Shown here in pieces: positions 1-14,200 of a stretch of DNA of 64,000 nt. The position numbers and the translations under genes were made by a program. The stretch is from positions 124,001-188,000 of the forward strand of contig NIVC01001523.1 in NCBI GenBank assembly GCA_002269645.1. The letters run 5' to 3'. The stretch comes from Macrostomum lignano. Its lineage: Eukaryota. The notes under the pieces were generated by a model. The model saw only the letters and a program-made list of their open reading frames with translations. It searched no databases and was not told where the DNA came from. Every line of letters starts with the position of its first letter. The first letter of the stretch is position 1.

Positions 1-789
1 TAAATAGAATAATACTGAAGCAACACATTTTCTGACATTAGGAAAACTAAAAGAGATGTCTCTAAAGGAAGTTGGTGCTATACAGAAGGTGCTAAAGAAT
101 GTCTTCATTTTCTTACCTTCGATTTTATATTCAGTCTGTCAGTTCTGCCACAAAGTTATTGAACGTTACGATTCCGTTATTTTAAAGCTGTCTGGAAACT
201 TCAACTCCAAAGTGATGCAGCAGTTTTTTACTTGGACTTCGGTTTTAGCAACAGAAGCTACTGAGAAAATGGAATGAATAATCATTTTAGCATTCACGCC
301 AGAGCCAATGACAGCAAAGATACTGAGGCGCGCGACTGTTATTGGCGCTTGCTGAGCTGTGAGGCCGGCCTCTAGCTAGGTGCACTGCCAGGCACAGCTG
401 ACTTACCAGGAAAGAAACTCTGCAGTCCGAGGAACATATAGTTTCATATTATAAGACCTAAATTTCACATTACATCACCTTTCATAACGCCAAAGCTTAC
501 GCAATGCCTAAAATGATCAAAATGAATGGTTGGTTGAAAGTTTTTTTGGCATTATGAAGTTTAGGTCCTCAACTCGCTGAAGTTACAAGTGAACTAAACT
601 AAAGTTCATTTATTTATATAAAAAATCCTGAAGCATTTATCAGTACATGTAAATCCTATTCAATATACTTTAATAATAACTTCTGCTTCTGTCTTTGTGA
701 ATCACACCTTTCTTTTTGTTATTAATCTCTTTAATAGTAAAATCGCTGTTCTGTGAATGACCTTTTGTGTTATACATAATTAATAATAA

Positions 790-1050
790 CAATAACTGAT
801 TACACCTGACCTAATTGGGCAGATGTGCAACCGACAGCTCAGCCGAAGCCAAACAGCTCAGCCGTACGGCTGTTCTGTCCAAGGACTGGGAGGTCGCCAC
901 ACACACCCTCAATGCTGGCACCTATTTTGAAGCAATGCTAATTCTAAGTGTCTTTCTCAAGAACACAAATTATTCCAGCGGGATCGGGAATCGAACCCCC
1001 GACCTTCAAGTCGAGAGTCCGACGCTCTAACCACTAAGCTAAAACCCTCT
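790..1050 (-). mobile_element. tRNA-derived CORE-like SINE, copy 1 (internal deletions, (ATT)n tail)
   Basis: Reverse strand reads A-box TAGCTTAGTGG, B-box GGTTCGATTCC, CORE-like gtgttcttgagaaagacactta, and a 3' body shared with the copies at 24803 and 33623; ends in an ATT-type tail. Confidence 0.85.
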
Positions 1051-1779
1051 TTACTCTTTGTTATACAATGTAGGTAAATAATGTAATCAACCTTTCCGTT
1101 GTGATCAATAATGCTTATGTGTGCCCATCTGAAAGGCTTCTAGTTTGCATCCCTATATTTTCAGAATAAATATTCCAATAAGCCTAATAATTTTATCAGT
1201 TGGCAACCTTCGCAAACCACCCGTAGTTATTCAGAGAATTTTAGTAATTAAATATAGAATTGAGTTTGATTACGCAATATGGGACTTGCTCGAAGGCCTT
1301 CCCTCAACCTTTACACACCGTTTCCTCTTCAAACCCCCTCTTCAAACCCCTGCGCAGAAGGACAGAGAAAGAGGACAGGGGAGAGAGAGGGTCAGAGAGT
1401 GGAAAGGACTGGAGGGGTGACGGGGCCTAGAACCAAGCCCCCCTTTCAAACCTCACCCCCTCTTCCTGTCCAAAAAGCCCTTGGGACTCCACACACACAG
1501 CACACCCACCACCAATGTGCGCGTACATCTACGCAATATCAATCATTTAGCGATGACATCATTCCCCCCTTAAAGTTGGTATATTGTATAGACTGGACTG
1601 GAGTCCCGTCCTGTACATTCCAACCCCCACAAACCTTAACTCCGTCCGATTCCTTCTTCGTTCGTCTGTAATAAATATAATGGCGAGGTAAAAGCAGAGG
1701 AGAGAGGCCAGTGTATCAACCACTCTCATCCTTAGGAGAATAAAGCCAGAAGAGAACACGGTTCTTACACGGTATAGAA

Positions 1780-2344
1780 ATGTCGCAACATCACACAGAC
1801 TTGGCTAACTGTTCTCCACCGCTCAGCTCATCGGAGAGTCGTCCAGCCTCTTCCACGGCCTCATCAACCTGCTGCGGCTCGGAGCAGAGATCGACTACGA
1901 CACCGCTGCTCTGGGACAGCATCATCGAGGAGGAGGTGCTGCGGGATTTGAACTTGGCTTCACAGCTTCAGCAGCAGCATCGGCAGAGGCGGCGCGATCT
2001 GGCCCAGCGTTTGACCAGGCAATACCTGGAGGAGCAGCAACAACAGCAGCAACAGCAAACGCACCTAACTCCGCCACCGACACGAATGAAACGAAAGACT
2101 CGAACTCCGCACAGAATCGTTAAAGAATCGGGCACCGCTTCGGTAGCCTCTGCAACGACACCAACTGCAGTCAGTAAGTCGACCGTCTCGGATCCACTGT
2201 CCTCTTCGTCGGTGCCATCAAAGTCATGCGGCGCTATTCGGGACCAGTTGGCTCCATCGTCCAGCCATTCCCTGCTAGAGAAGGTTGTCTGTCGTCTGCG
2301 TCACAGGCAGAACAGTGCTGATTCGCAGTCTAGCGGCGGCATGA
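1780..2344 (+). CDS. Gene A exon 1 (MSQHHTDL...SGGM)
   Basis: 190-aa ORF with polyQ; donor A|GTATGT, phase 1. Confidence 0.7.
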
Positions 2345-3878
2345 GTATGTAGAAGAATCAGTTACATTCAACCGATACTCCGCTGACATTGTTTAATGGT
2401 CCCTCCGTTATTTGTTTCTATGAGTTGGTCGAGTTGACAATCTACTGTTTGTGTAGAAATCAGTCGCCAGAAAGCAGCATGCAGAAGCCATAGTCTATGG
2501 TCATAACACCGGGTGACACATTTAGGTAATATAGAATCTGTGTTCTAAACTAGACCAAACATCACTAACAAGTTTCACTGGTAGCTGTCCGATTGGTTGG
2601 ATTGATTGTCTATGGTCGAGATATATGATTTTTTTAATTTGAAGCATTTACAAGCTTAATTCTAATGCTACTACTACTTTTAATTTGACTAATTTTTCAG
2701 GTGTTAAACTTGAATTCAGGCAAGCTACATACTTTTAATTTTAATGAACTCCATTCTATTGCATTTCTTTGTATTCTAGTTCTCTTGTTTTAATTTGCTC
2801 ATTTGTTCTGCTTTTTCGAGTATTTTAATTTAAATTTAAATTTTAATTATGCCCCCTATTTTTGTCGAATGTTGTTTTAATGATGTGCTGTCTGGTTCTG
2901 CATATATTTTGGTTCCTATTCGAGACCGTATATAGTCTAAAATATACTCAAAACATTCAAAATGTAATTTTTTTGAAACATTTCTGCAGCAGGTGCGGTT
3001 TAAAATTGGTCAACACTTACACCTCCACGTTTATCTTCTCTGCCGTCACTCTCTTTCCTGCGTACCCTGTCTACCCTACCCATTGACCTTTACTACTTTT
3101 CTCTCTACTGTGACTAACATTTCTACCCTTTTCTCAACTCTGGCTACCCTGTCTACTCTTTCCTCTACTCTATCTACAATACCCTTTCCCGCCTGGCATT
3201 TCTATCCTTCTCTACGCCCTGTCTACCATTCAGTCTACTCTGTCTACCCTGTCTACCTTTCCCTCTACCCTCGGTGCCTACCCTTACCTCTACTCTACCC
3301 CAGTCTACCCTCTCCCTTCCATGATAGCTATAAGACCTGATTCTACTAAAACGATTTCCGAGCAAAGCAAGTCCACTTAAAGTCTCAATCGCACTCTGAA
3401 AACACTTCAGGCAAAAAATTCAACAATGGGAAAAGCTTCACTTGTGCGGTGGGTTCCGACCAAAGGCGCTCCCTACGAAAGAATTGATGAGGCCAATTTC
3501 GTGGCTGGCTTTTCAGTTTCTTTCCTTCTCCTTATTTACGGTCTCCATTTATCAAATTTATGAATTATCCGCGCCGGGGGACCATTGTTGCACGCACGCG
3601 TCTATCACCGCAGCTATTTTGGTTTTGAAGCAATTTGATTTATGACACAAACCAAGGCATTTTGCGGCTTTGTGAATTTGCTGGGGCTGCTTCTTGTCAG
3701 GATTATTAAAAAATGTGCCCATTGACACCGCATTGGAACTGCTGCAGTTCCAATGCGGCCTCGAATTCCTGTATGGCGAATTCACTTTATGAGAATTATA
3801 TTAATGGAGTTTGTTTCGCCATTCTGAATCACGTCACTCTACTGACAGTATTAGGATGCGAAACCATTTAGTACTAGC

Positions 3879-3914
<36 letters not shown>

Positions 3915-3915
3915 G

Positions 3916-4004
<89 letters not shown>

Positions 4005-4045
4005 GTAGATAGATAGATAGATAGATAGATAGGTAGATAGATAGG

Positions 4046-4085
<40 letters not shown>

Positions 4086-4093
4086 AAGATAGG

Positions 4094-4149
<56 letters not shown>

Positions 4150-4157
4150 AAGATAGG

Positions 4158-4254
<97 letters not shown>

Positions 4255-7200
4255 TGATTGATTGATTGATTGATTGATAGATAGATAGATTGATTGATAG
4301 ACAGACACAGATAGACAGACAGACAGACAGACAGACACACACAGACACCGACACAGACACAGACAGACAGACGCAGACACAGACACAGACAGACACAGAC
4401 ACAGTGGTACGAGTATAAAGGCCCAGCCACTGCAGTCACCCAAGTCAGAAAGCGCCAGCCCTGTGATTGGCTACCTGAAACCACTCAGCGCAAGCGGAAT
4501 GAGCAGGGCATGGCAGCTCAGAGACTCCCACCGGTCGGCCCATTGAAAAGAGAGCTCAGTGAGTGAGGCTTTCGCTCCCGCGGCGTCCCGGTCCGGAGGG
4601 AAGCTGAGAGAACACGGCGGCTCATTTATATTGTTGATGAGATTCTTTGTTAGTTTGTTTTTGCATCCGTCCAACTTTATCCAGTCTATCAGCTCGCCCA
4701 GAACAGCTCAGTGAAGATTTTTCTTCAATTTTATGTTAAAAGAGCCGCATTAGTTACTCAGTTGAATCTCATGGCAACGCATGTATCGGTTGATGCTCAC
4801 TGCTGATTGAAAGTTCGTCAGGTGAGATTTCAAGGTGAGCTGAGTTCACTTGTTATACAATTTGTTATAGTAAGCACAACACGTCTGGCTTTGCGTGAAA
4901 ATCACTACCAGAGTAAAGGACGGAAAATCGTTAAAGACCTGCAAAGATTGTGACTACATCTCAGCCAGGTGGCTCAATACCTTCAGTTCGCCGATTCTCT
5001 TGGCCTTAGGAGAGGAAAAAAAGTAACAATGCGATGAGAGAAGGTGAGAAGAGAAGCAGCAGGTGAGGGAGCAGGCCCGGGCTTCAGTCAACAACAGCGA
5101 GGAGAAGTCCGGGGCTCAAGGTCCGGCCCCACCACCTGAGGCAGACAATGGGAACCGGTGGGCCTCTGCAACAGGCTTAGGGGGATAGAGGGAGAAATGA
5201 TGGAGCAGAAGAAGGAGAGAACCGAGAAGCTGTCTTTCCTGTAGTATTTTTGGCTCAATCATGGTGTTGCTAGGCTGTTGCTTCCATGAGCTGCGGCTGG
5301 GCTGCCTGTCTGGGGGATTCCACATGAGCCGTAGATGAAGGGGAAGAGAGTAGAGGTGAGCTGAATGTTGGAAAACGATTTTTTGCAGTTTTTTCTATCG
5401 GCTTTGTTTTACAGATTTTCTTTTTCTGTTAGATTCACTTAATCACACAGAGAGTGATTTGGAGTGAGCTCATGAGTTCATAAGTGAGTTAATGAGTTCA
5501 TAAGTGAGTTAATAAGTTCATAAATGAGCTAATGAGTTCATAAGTGAGCTAATGAGTTCATAAGTGAGTCCATGAGTTCATAGGTGAGCTAATGAGTTCA
5601 TAAGTGAGTTCATAAGTGAGTTAATGAGTTCATAAGTGAGTTAATGAGTTCATAAGTGAGTTAATGAGTTCATAAGTGAGTCCATGAGTTCATAAGTGAG
5701 TTAATGAGTTCATAAGTGAGTCCATGAGCTCATAAGTGAGTTAATGAGTTCATTAGTGAGTCCATGAGTTCATAAGTGAGTTCATGAGTTCATAAGTAAG
5801 TCCATGAGTTCATAAGTGAGTTCATGAGTTCATAAGTGAGTCCATGAGTTCATAAGTGAGTCCATGAGTTCATAAGTGAGTTAATGAGTTCATAAGTGAG
5901 TTCATGAGTTCATAAGTGAGTCCATGAGTTCATAAGTGAGTTCATGAGTTCATAAGTGAGTCCATGAGTTCATAAGTGAGTTCATGAGTTCATAAGTAAG
6001 TCCATGAGTTCATAAGTGAGTTCATGAGTTCATAAGTGAGTTCATGAGTTCATAAGTGAGTTAATGAGTTCATAAGTGAGTCCATGAGTTCATAAGTGAG
6101 TTAATGAGTTCATAAGTGAGTCCATGAGTTCATAAGTGAGTCCATGAGTTCATAAGTAAGTCCATGAGTTCATAAGTGAGTCCATGAGTTCATTAGTGAG
6201 TCCATGAGTTTATCAGCTAGTTCATGAGTTTATATGCATTTTCATAATTTTATGAGTGCTTTTTTAATTATCCAGTTTACAAGTGCTCGGTGGAGTTTAT
6301 GAGTGAGTTAGTTAGTGAATAAATTAATTACCCACTAAGTATGAGTGATGAAATTTTCAAAAAAATAAAAGTATGACAATTAGTTGGTACAGACGACACC
6401 TACAATACTAAAAAAATATTATACCTGAAAGTACCTAATCAGGCTCACTACAGTTGTGCGAGAGAAGTCGGGCCCTGCAAAACTGCAAGAACGAAGCAAA
6501 ACTTTCACCCAGACCACCACTTTGACAGACTGCAATCCAAATTAATTACTGAACTGTCAATCAAACCTTGAGGCGAACCCCCAGTGTAGTTGAGTAGCTG
6601 AAGTAGTGAAAGTGCTCTTGAGCGAATATATTAAAAGACTTGTGTGGTATTGTAACCCTTTTTTAGTTTTATATCACTAAGAATACATTGTCTAGCCTCT
6701 GTAATGGGATACTGTATCAGGCATATGAAGAATCTCTCTAGAGTGCGTATGGCTCACTTTGATGAAGCTTTATATATAAACTATTGCAGCTGGACAAGAA
6801 GTATTTTATAAAAATTAGTTGCTTAGTTGATTTGCTACTTAGAAGCAGACATTTTACAGGTAAGATATCTGTACAACAGGAAGCGCAGGGAAGCTTGACA
6901 ACTACATTTCCACTATTTCGAACAAGTCTATTGTCAGAAAAGTACATCATTGTTGCTTCTGACATCATTGTTGCCTTTCTGGCCTCATTGTTACCTTTCT
7001 GACATCATTGTTGCTTTTCTGACATCATTGTTGCCTTTCTGACATCCCATTTTCGTCTTTCTAACATCATTGTTGCCTTTCTGGCCTCATTGTTGCCTTT
7101 CTGACATCATTGTTGCCTTTCTGACATCAATGTTGCCTTTCTGACATCATTGTTGCCTCTCTGACATCATTGTTGCTTTTCTGACATCCCATTTTCGTCT

Positions 7201-10200
7201 TTCTAACATCATTGTTGCCTTTCTGACATCATTGTTGCTTTTCTGACATCATTGTTGCCTCTCTGACATCATTGTTGCCTCTCTGACGTCATTGTTACCT
7301 TTCTGACAGCATTTTGACAGTGAAACGATTTTCAACTCGCTCTCAAAATCCTTGGCGAACTTCAGGACACGGACCTCCCCCGATCATGGACTCGAAGCCG
7401 GCCTGCTACGCCAGCTTCCAAGAATTTGCCGACGCAACCTGGAATTTTCTGACTGTCCGGTCACTTTCCAGAATTTCTTCAGCCAGCTCGGAGTCGAACA
7501 GACCGGCACCGTCGGTCGTGCAGTCGACAGGATGTCCAAAGCGGATCGTCAGCGCGCCGCCTGCAGTGTCGCATCATCGCAGATGGGCATTCCAGGCTCA
7601 GCAACATCAAGCTGCAGGATGCTGGAAAGATCGGCTCAGACAGAGCAGTGCATCCGCCAACAGATCTTCGGCAGTCGATGCGAGGCACCTGCGGTGCTTG
7701 GGCAGTCGAGGACAGCAGTTTCGCTTGCTGTGGCCAGACTCACCGGTGAGGCAATTTAATTTAATTCAATTTTTGCCCAAGTGGCCATGCGTTGCATTTA
7801 GCAAATACAATAGATAGCTGAGGTCCGAATTGAACTTGAGCTGGCAATAAACCTGACCGAGTTGCAATAAACCTGACCGAGTTGCAATAAACCTGACCGA
7901 GTTGCAATAAACCTGACCGAGTTGCAATAAACCTGACCGAGTTGCAATAAACCTGACCGAGTTGCAATTAGCCTGACCGAGGTGCAATAAACCTGACCGA
8001 GTTGCAATAAACCTGACCGAGTTGCAATAAACCTGACCGAGTTGCAATAAACCTGACCGAGTTGCAATAAACCTGACCGAGTTGCAATAAACCTGACCGA
8101 GTTGCAATAAACCTGACCGAGTTGCAATAAACCTGACCGAGTTGCACTTAAGCTACCTGACCGAGTTGCACTTAAGCTACCTGACCGAGTTGCACTTAAG
8201 CTACCTGACCGAGTTACAATTAACCTGACCGAGTTGTACCTAAGCTACCTGACCGAGTTGCAATTAACCTGACCGAGTTGTACTTAAGCTACCTGACCGA
8301 GTTGCAATTAACCTGACCGAGTTGTACTTAAGCTACCTGACCGAGTTGCAATTAACCTGACCGAGTTGTACTTAAGCTACCTGACCGAGTTGCAATTAAC
8401 CTGACCGAGTTGTACTTTAGCTACCTGACCGAGTTGCAATTAACCTGACCGAGTTGTACTTAAGCTACCTGACTGAGTTGCAATTAACCTGACCGAGTTG
8501 TAACTTAAGCTACCTGACCGAGTTGCAATTAACCTGACCGAGTTGTACTTAAGCTACCTGACTGAGTTACAATTAACCTGACCGAGTTGTAACTTAAGCT
8601 ACCTGACCGAGTTGCAATTAACCTGACCGAGTTGTACTTAAGCTACCTGACCGAGTTGCAATTAACCTGACCGAGTTGTAACTTTAGCTACCTGACCGAG
8701 TTGCAATTAACCTGACCGAGTTGCACTTAAGCTACCTGACCGAGTTGCAATTAACCTGACCGAGTTGTACTTAAGCTACCTGACCGAGTTGCAATTAACC
8801 TGACCGAGTTGTACTTAAGCTACCTGACCGAGTTGCAATTAACCTGACCGAGTTGTACTTAAGCTACCTGACTGAGTTGCAATTAACCTGACCGAGTTGT
8901 AACTTAAGCTACCTGACCGAGTTGCAATTAACCTGACCGAGTTGTACTTAAGCTACCTGACCGAGTTGCAATTAACCTGACCGAGTTGTACTTAAGCTAC
9001 CTGACCGAGTTGCAATAAACCTGACCGAGTTGTACTTAAGCTACCTGACTGAGTTACAATTAACCTGACCGAGTTGTACTTAAGCTACCTGACCGAGTTA
9101 CAATTAACCTGACCGAGTTGTACTTAAGCTACCTGACCGAGTTGCAATTAACCTGACCGAGTTGTACTTAAGCTACCTGACCGAGTTGCAATTAACCTGA
9201 CCGAGTTGTAACTTTAGCTACCTGACCGAGTTGCAATTAACCTGACCGAGTTGTACTTAAGCTACCTGACCGAGTTGCAATTAACCTGACCGAGTTGTAC
9301 TTAAGCTACCTGACCGAGTTGCAATCAACCTACCTGACCGAGTTGCAATTAACCTGACCGAGTTGTAACTTAAGCTACCTGACTGGACTGCACCTTAGTC
9401 GTACCTTTGGTACCTAAGCGAGTTTCACCTTTGCTACTTGATTAAATGAGCCAAGTTGGCGTCCATTTACGGCGACATTGAGGTCAATTTAACACAGCGC
9501 ACAAGCATATTGAAGTCAGTGGTTGACAAGTACTTTTTGGCACCAGAAAGCTACCTGTCAAAACTAGCCAGAATGCATAGCACAGAGAAAATGTACTTTT
9601 TCTCCATGAAAGCTTCGACAATGGTTTGGCAGTAGTTGGGCAGACTGAAAAAAGCCATTTAAAACAGTGCCTAAATTGCCATCAACACTGCAAACATTAG
9701 TTTGTAGGACGTGGCTTTCTCACGGCTAAAAAATGAAATTCATTGAATGCATTGCAGCAGTAACCCAACGGTTAAAGTTGACTGGTGAACAATGATTGCT
9801 GCTAGTACAGCAGCCCCTGGTGAGTGCTTTCTTTAAAGAGGAAAGTCTCAAAATAATGGAACGCACGCAAATGCTGTTCAAATGGACGACATGAAGCACA
9901 CTGTCAACTTGAGAGAGTTATAGGCTGAAAGCTACATGGGATAGAACTCTGTTTTTTAGCATTTTTCTAACATTACGAGAGTAGAGTTAGGAGAGAAAGG
10001 GGGAGAGTAGAGAGGACAGGTAGGCAGAGAAAGCCACCCAGGTGAGGCAGTGTTGGCTTTTTGTCAGTCGCAGCATGCGGGGGTTGGGGTGGCCACCCAT
10101 ACAAACTGACTGACACGGCTGCGCTGAGAGCAGTGTTGAGCAACTGTGTCTCATTTTATTGTTACCTAGCTCTCCCCCTCTTCTATATGTCTGAGCACCC

Positions 10201-11185
10201 AGCCCCCCAGGGCGAGGCACGATTCTGGGTGCAGAATTTACAGAACAATGTAATAAAAAAACAATATTAATCGAACACCCACTGCGGTAGAATGGCTGCT
10301 CCATCTGACTACAAATGGTGTAGACTATAAAAGCTGTAAAATACCTGCTCCTTCGAAGCATTCTTTAACAGCTTAAACAGGTAGCCAGAGAGAAAGTTAG
10401 AGTGAAAGTGAGCACAAAGATGACAACCTCCAGCCGATGGCACGCCGAGCACGAGCGTCTCGTTGTCTACGTTGAGCAGCATCGAGCAGATTTTATTGAA
10501 GATGATGAAGTCGACGATGAGGATGAATTTGATGAGCAAGAGGAGCCTGTGCAGAAGATGGAGATTGTACGCGAGTGGCTGACCGCCATTCCCGAGACCC
10601 CTGCCGGAAGCAACTCGTCGACTCGAAACGCTTCGGGCAAAGGCAGAGGTGACAGAAGAAGATTGCAGACAGCTTCTTACGCCAGAACGCGAGACTCCGA
10701 AAAGGTCAGTTTTAGCTGTTGGTGAAAGTACGCACAAATCCCCACTCCACATCAAGCCCTCAAACAGATACTCTGCAAAATCATGAACTCTCAGCATGTA
10801 CACACACAGATCTCACCAGACTCAAAAGTTTAGATCCTTCAGAACTACCCGCCAAAACCCTGAACTCCATGGACGGTTCTACGTCCTATAGAAGCTCTCT
10901 ATTCACGTACATTTAATAACCAAGAGCAATAGATAATATCCAAAGACGCACGACTACATTCTATTTCCAGACTGACACAGGCCTCGTCCGCTTGTCGTCA
11001 AGCAAACGAAGGGCCTCGGCCAGCAGTCAGGTGCAGCACAATCGCCGAAAACCACTGAGAAGTTTGGCCTCGCTTGTAAGACGCGGCGGCCGACTGCGAC
11101 AAGCTTTGGTAGAGCAAACAGACGAACAGCAGGTGCAGCAAAAACAGCAACACCAACAGCAACAACAACAACAACAGCAGCAACA

Positions 11186-11220
<35 letters not shown>

Positions 11221-14200
11221 AGCAGCAACAGCAACAACAACACGTGTACAACCAGGCAGCCAAACCAATCAATTCTTCAGCGCCTCTCTGGTTAGCCGCC
11301 GTTCAATCGACAAAGAAGTCGAATAATAATAGCAATAATAAGTCGAAACAGCGACAGTCGAATCGGCCACGAAGTCGGTCAGTTGAGGTCACGAGTTCGA
11401 CACCAGCCAGCGGCGGCAGCAGTCCGCGTCATCGCGTGACCCAGTGGGGCAGTTCGTCCAACCTCCTGGCAACCGTAGGCTATAGATAGGCTCAATTTTA
11501 TATTTAATACAATTAAGAGCATGCGCAGCAACACTACTGTCTACTGTCGCTAGAAAAAGTAGTGCTGACGCATTTTACCACCCAGCAACGAAAATCGATT
11601 TATTGGGTTACTAAGCTCTTACCTTGTGTACTCAGGTTTCACCCTGTCATTCAAAATGCTGGGAGGAATTCTGTCCTTTACAAAATCGATTTTCACTCAC
11701 CTGGAGCGACAAAGTGGGTCTACAGAAAAAGAAGAGGCTGCCTGAGCTTTGACCAGCTTGCTGCTTTTAGTCTTCTCCAAGAAGGCCAAGAGGAACGACA
11801 TGCAGGCAAACTCTGACTCGTTAGCCTTTTTTAGACTGAGCTCTTTTCTTTTGAACGCAAGCAGCTAAAGAATCCACACAAGTTTGAGCAAACAGGAAAA
11901 ATCCAAAATCCACTTACTCCTTCTACCTTCCCTCCTTCCTTGAATTTTCTGCATCCGTTTAGCTCCCAACTCAATTCAGACGGCATCCAAATGTATAAAA
12001 AGGTTTCGTTAGTCAGACGCCATTCAAAAAGAAACGTTGCTATACAAACGAAATACATTAACTTCTTATTGGATATTCCTCACACATAGCATAATACTCT
12101 TTTCCTCCTTTGTTGCTTTGCCTCCACCGCAAGCAGCAGAGCAGCAGTGGCAACTCTGCCTCGCTAGAGACGCTCCGAGCCAAGAGCCGCAGCCCGCTCT
12201 ACCAACGGGTCACCAGCGCCAAGCCAATCCAGTCGAGACAGCAGCAGGATGCGGCAGTCAGGAAGCCGGACCTGACTGCTGCAGCTACACCAGACCGAGA
12301 TAAAACAACCATAAAACGACGCTTGGTGGCTCAGGTGCCGCAGTCTGCGGTCCTTCCGAAACGAGATTCCGTTAACGAACCGGAGCAGCAAGAGCAGGCA
12401 GCGGCGGAGCCTGCACAGGATTCTGTCTGGCAGCAGATTGACTTCTCTATGCTGCGACAAATCGGGCAGAGGCGACCAAAGACCGCCTTTGAGGCTGCGG
12501 CGAATACTGGTGAGTTCTTGAAAGAAGAAACTTTGTTAATCTTGTGCTTTGTGCAAATGTCTCACAGGTCTTAAACCATAACTTCTAAACAGACATCCTC
12601 AGATCTAAACTGACATCCTCAGATCTAAACTGACATCCTCAGATCTAAACTGACATCCTCAGATCTAAACTGACATCCTCAGATCTAAACTGACATCCTC
12701 AGATCCAAACTGACATCCTCAGATCTAAACTGACATCCTCTGATCCAAACTGACATCCTCATATCCAAACTGACATCCTCAGATCTGAACTGACATCCTC
12801 AGATCCAAACTGACATCCTCAGATCCAAACTGACATCCTCAGATCTGAACTGACATCCTCAGATCTAAACTGACATCCTCAGATCTAACTGACATCCTCA
12901 GATCTAAACTGACATCCTCAGATCTAAACTGACATCCTCAGATCCAAACTGACATCCTCAGATCTAAACTGACATCCTCTGATCCAAACTGACATCCTCA
13001 GATCCAAACTGACATCCTCAGATCTAAACTGACATCCTCAGATCTGAACTGACATCCTCAGATCCAAACTGACTTCTTCAGATCCAAACTGAAATCCTCA
13101 GATCCAAACTGACATCCTCAGATCCAAACTGACATCCTCTGATCTAATCTGACATCCTCAGATCCAAACTGACATCCTCAGATCTGAACTGACATCCTCT
13201 GATCTAAACTGACATCCTCAGATCTAAACTGACATCCTCAGATCCAAACTGACATCCTCTGATCTAATCTGACATCCTCAGATCTAATTTAACTTCGTCA
13301 GATATAAACTGACATCCTCTGATCCAAACTGACATCCTCAGATCTAAACTGACATCCTCAGATCTAAACTGACATCCTCTGATCTAAACTGACATCCTCT
13401 GATCCAAACTGACATCCTCAGATCCAAACTGACATCCTCAGATATAAACTGACATCCTCTGATCCAAACTGACATCCTCAGATCTAAACTGACATCCTCA
13501 GATCTAATTTAACTTCGTCAGATATAAACTGACATTCTCAGATCTAAACTGACATCCTCAGATCTGAACTGACATCCTCAGATCCAAACTGAAATCCTCT
13601 GATCTAATCTGACATCCTCAGATCCAAACTGACATCCTCTGATCTAAACTGACATCCTCAGATCCAAACTGAAATCCTCAGATCCAAACTGAAATCCTCT
13701 GATCTAATCTGACATCCTCAGATCCAAACTGACATCCTTTGATCTAAACTGACATCCTCAGATCTGAACTGAAATCCTCAGATCCAAACTGACATCCTCT
13801 GATCTAATTTAACTTCGTCAGATATAAACTGACATCCTCTGATCTAAACTGACATCCTCAGATCTAAACTGACATCCTCAGATCTAAACTGACATCCTCT
13901 GATCTAAACTGACATCCTCTGATCCAAACTGACATCCTCAGATCCAAACTGACATCCTCAGATCTAATTTAACTTCGTCAGATATAAACTGACATTCTCA
14001 GATCTAAACTGACATCCTCAGATCTAAACTGACATCCTCAGATCTGAACTGACATCCTCAGATCCAAACTGAAATCCTCTGATCTAATCTGACATCCTCA
14101 GATCCAAACTGACATCCTCTGATCTAAACTGACATCCTCAGATCCAAACTGAAATCCTCAGATCCAAACTGAAATCCTCTGATCTAATCTGACATCCTCA

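Noticed and set aside
3834-4484. Long LSIY/SVCL-repeat ORFs here and at 25771-26977, 30069-30464, 31262-33173, 36066-36814, 49258-50537, 51509-53165
   Set aside because: Translations of GATA/GACA microsatellites; stop-free by composition
6790-6859. Exon-like segment with strong CAG|GTAAGA donor
   Set aside because: Open only with a phase-0 start, while the upstream gene A donors are phase 1; no bridging exon found
7352-7759. Alternative-frame 135-aa ORF over exon 2
   Set aside because: Its phase does not fit the flanking donor and acceptor; the 7314 frame does
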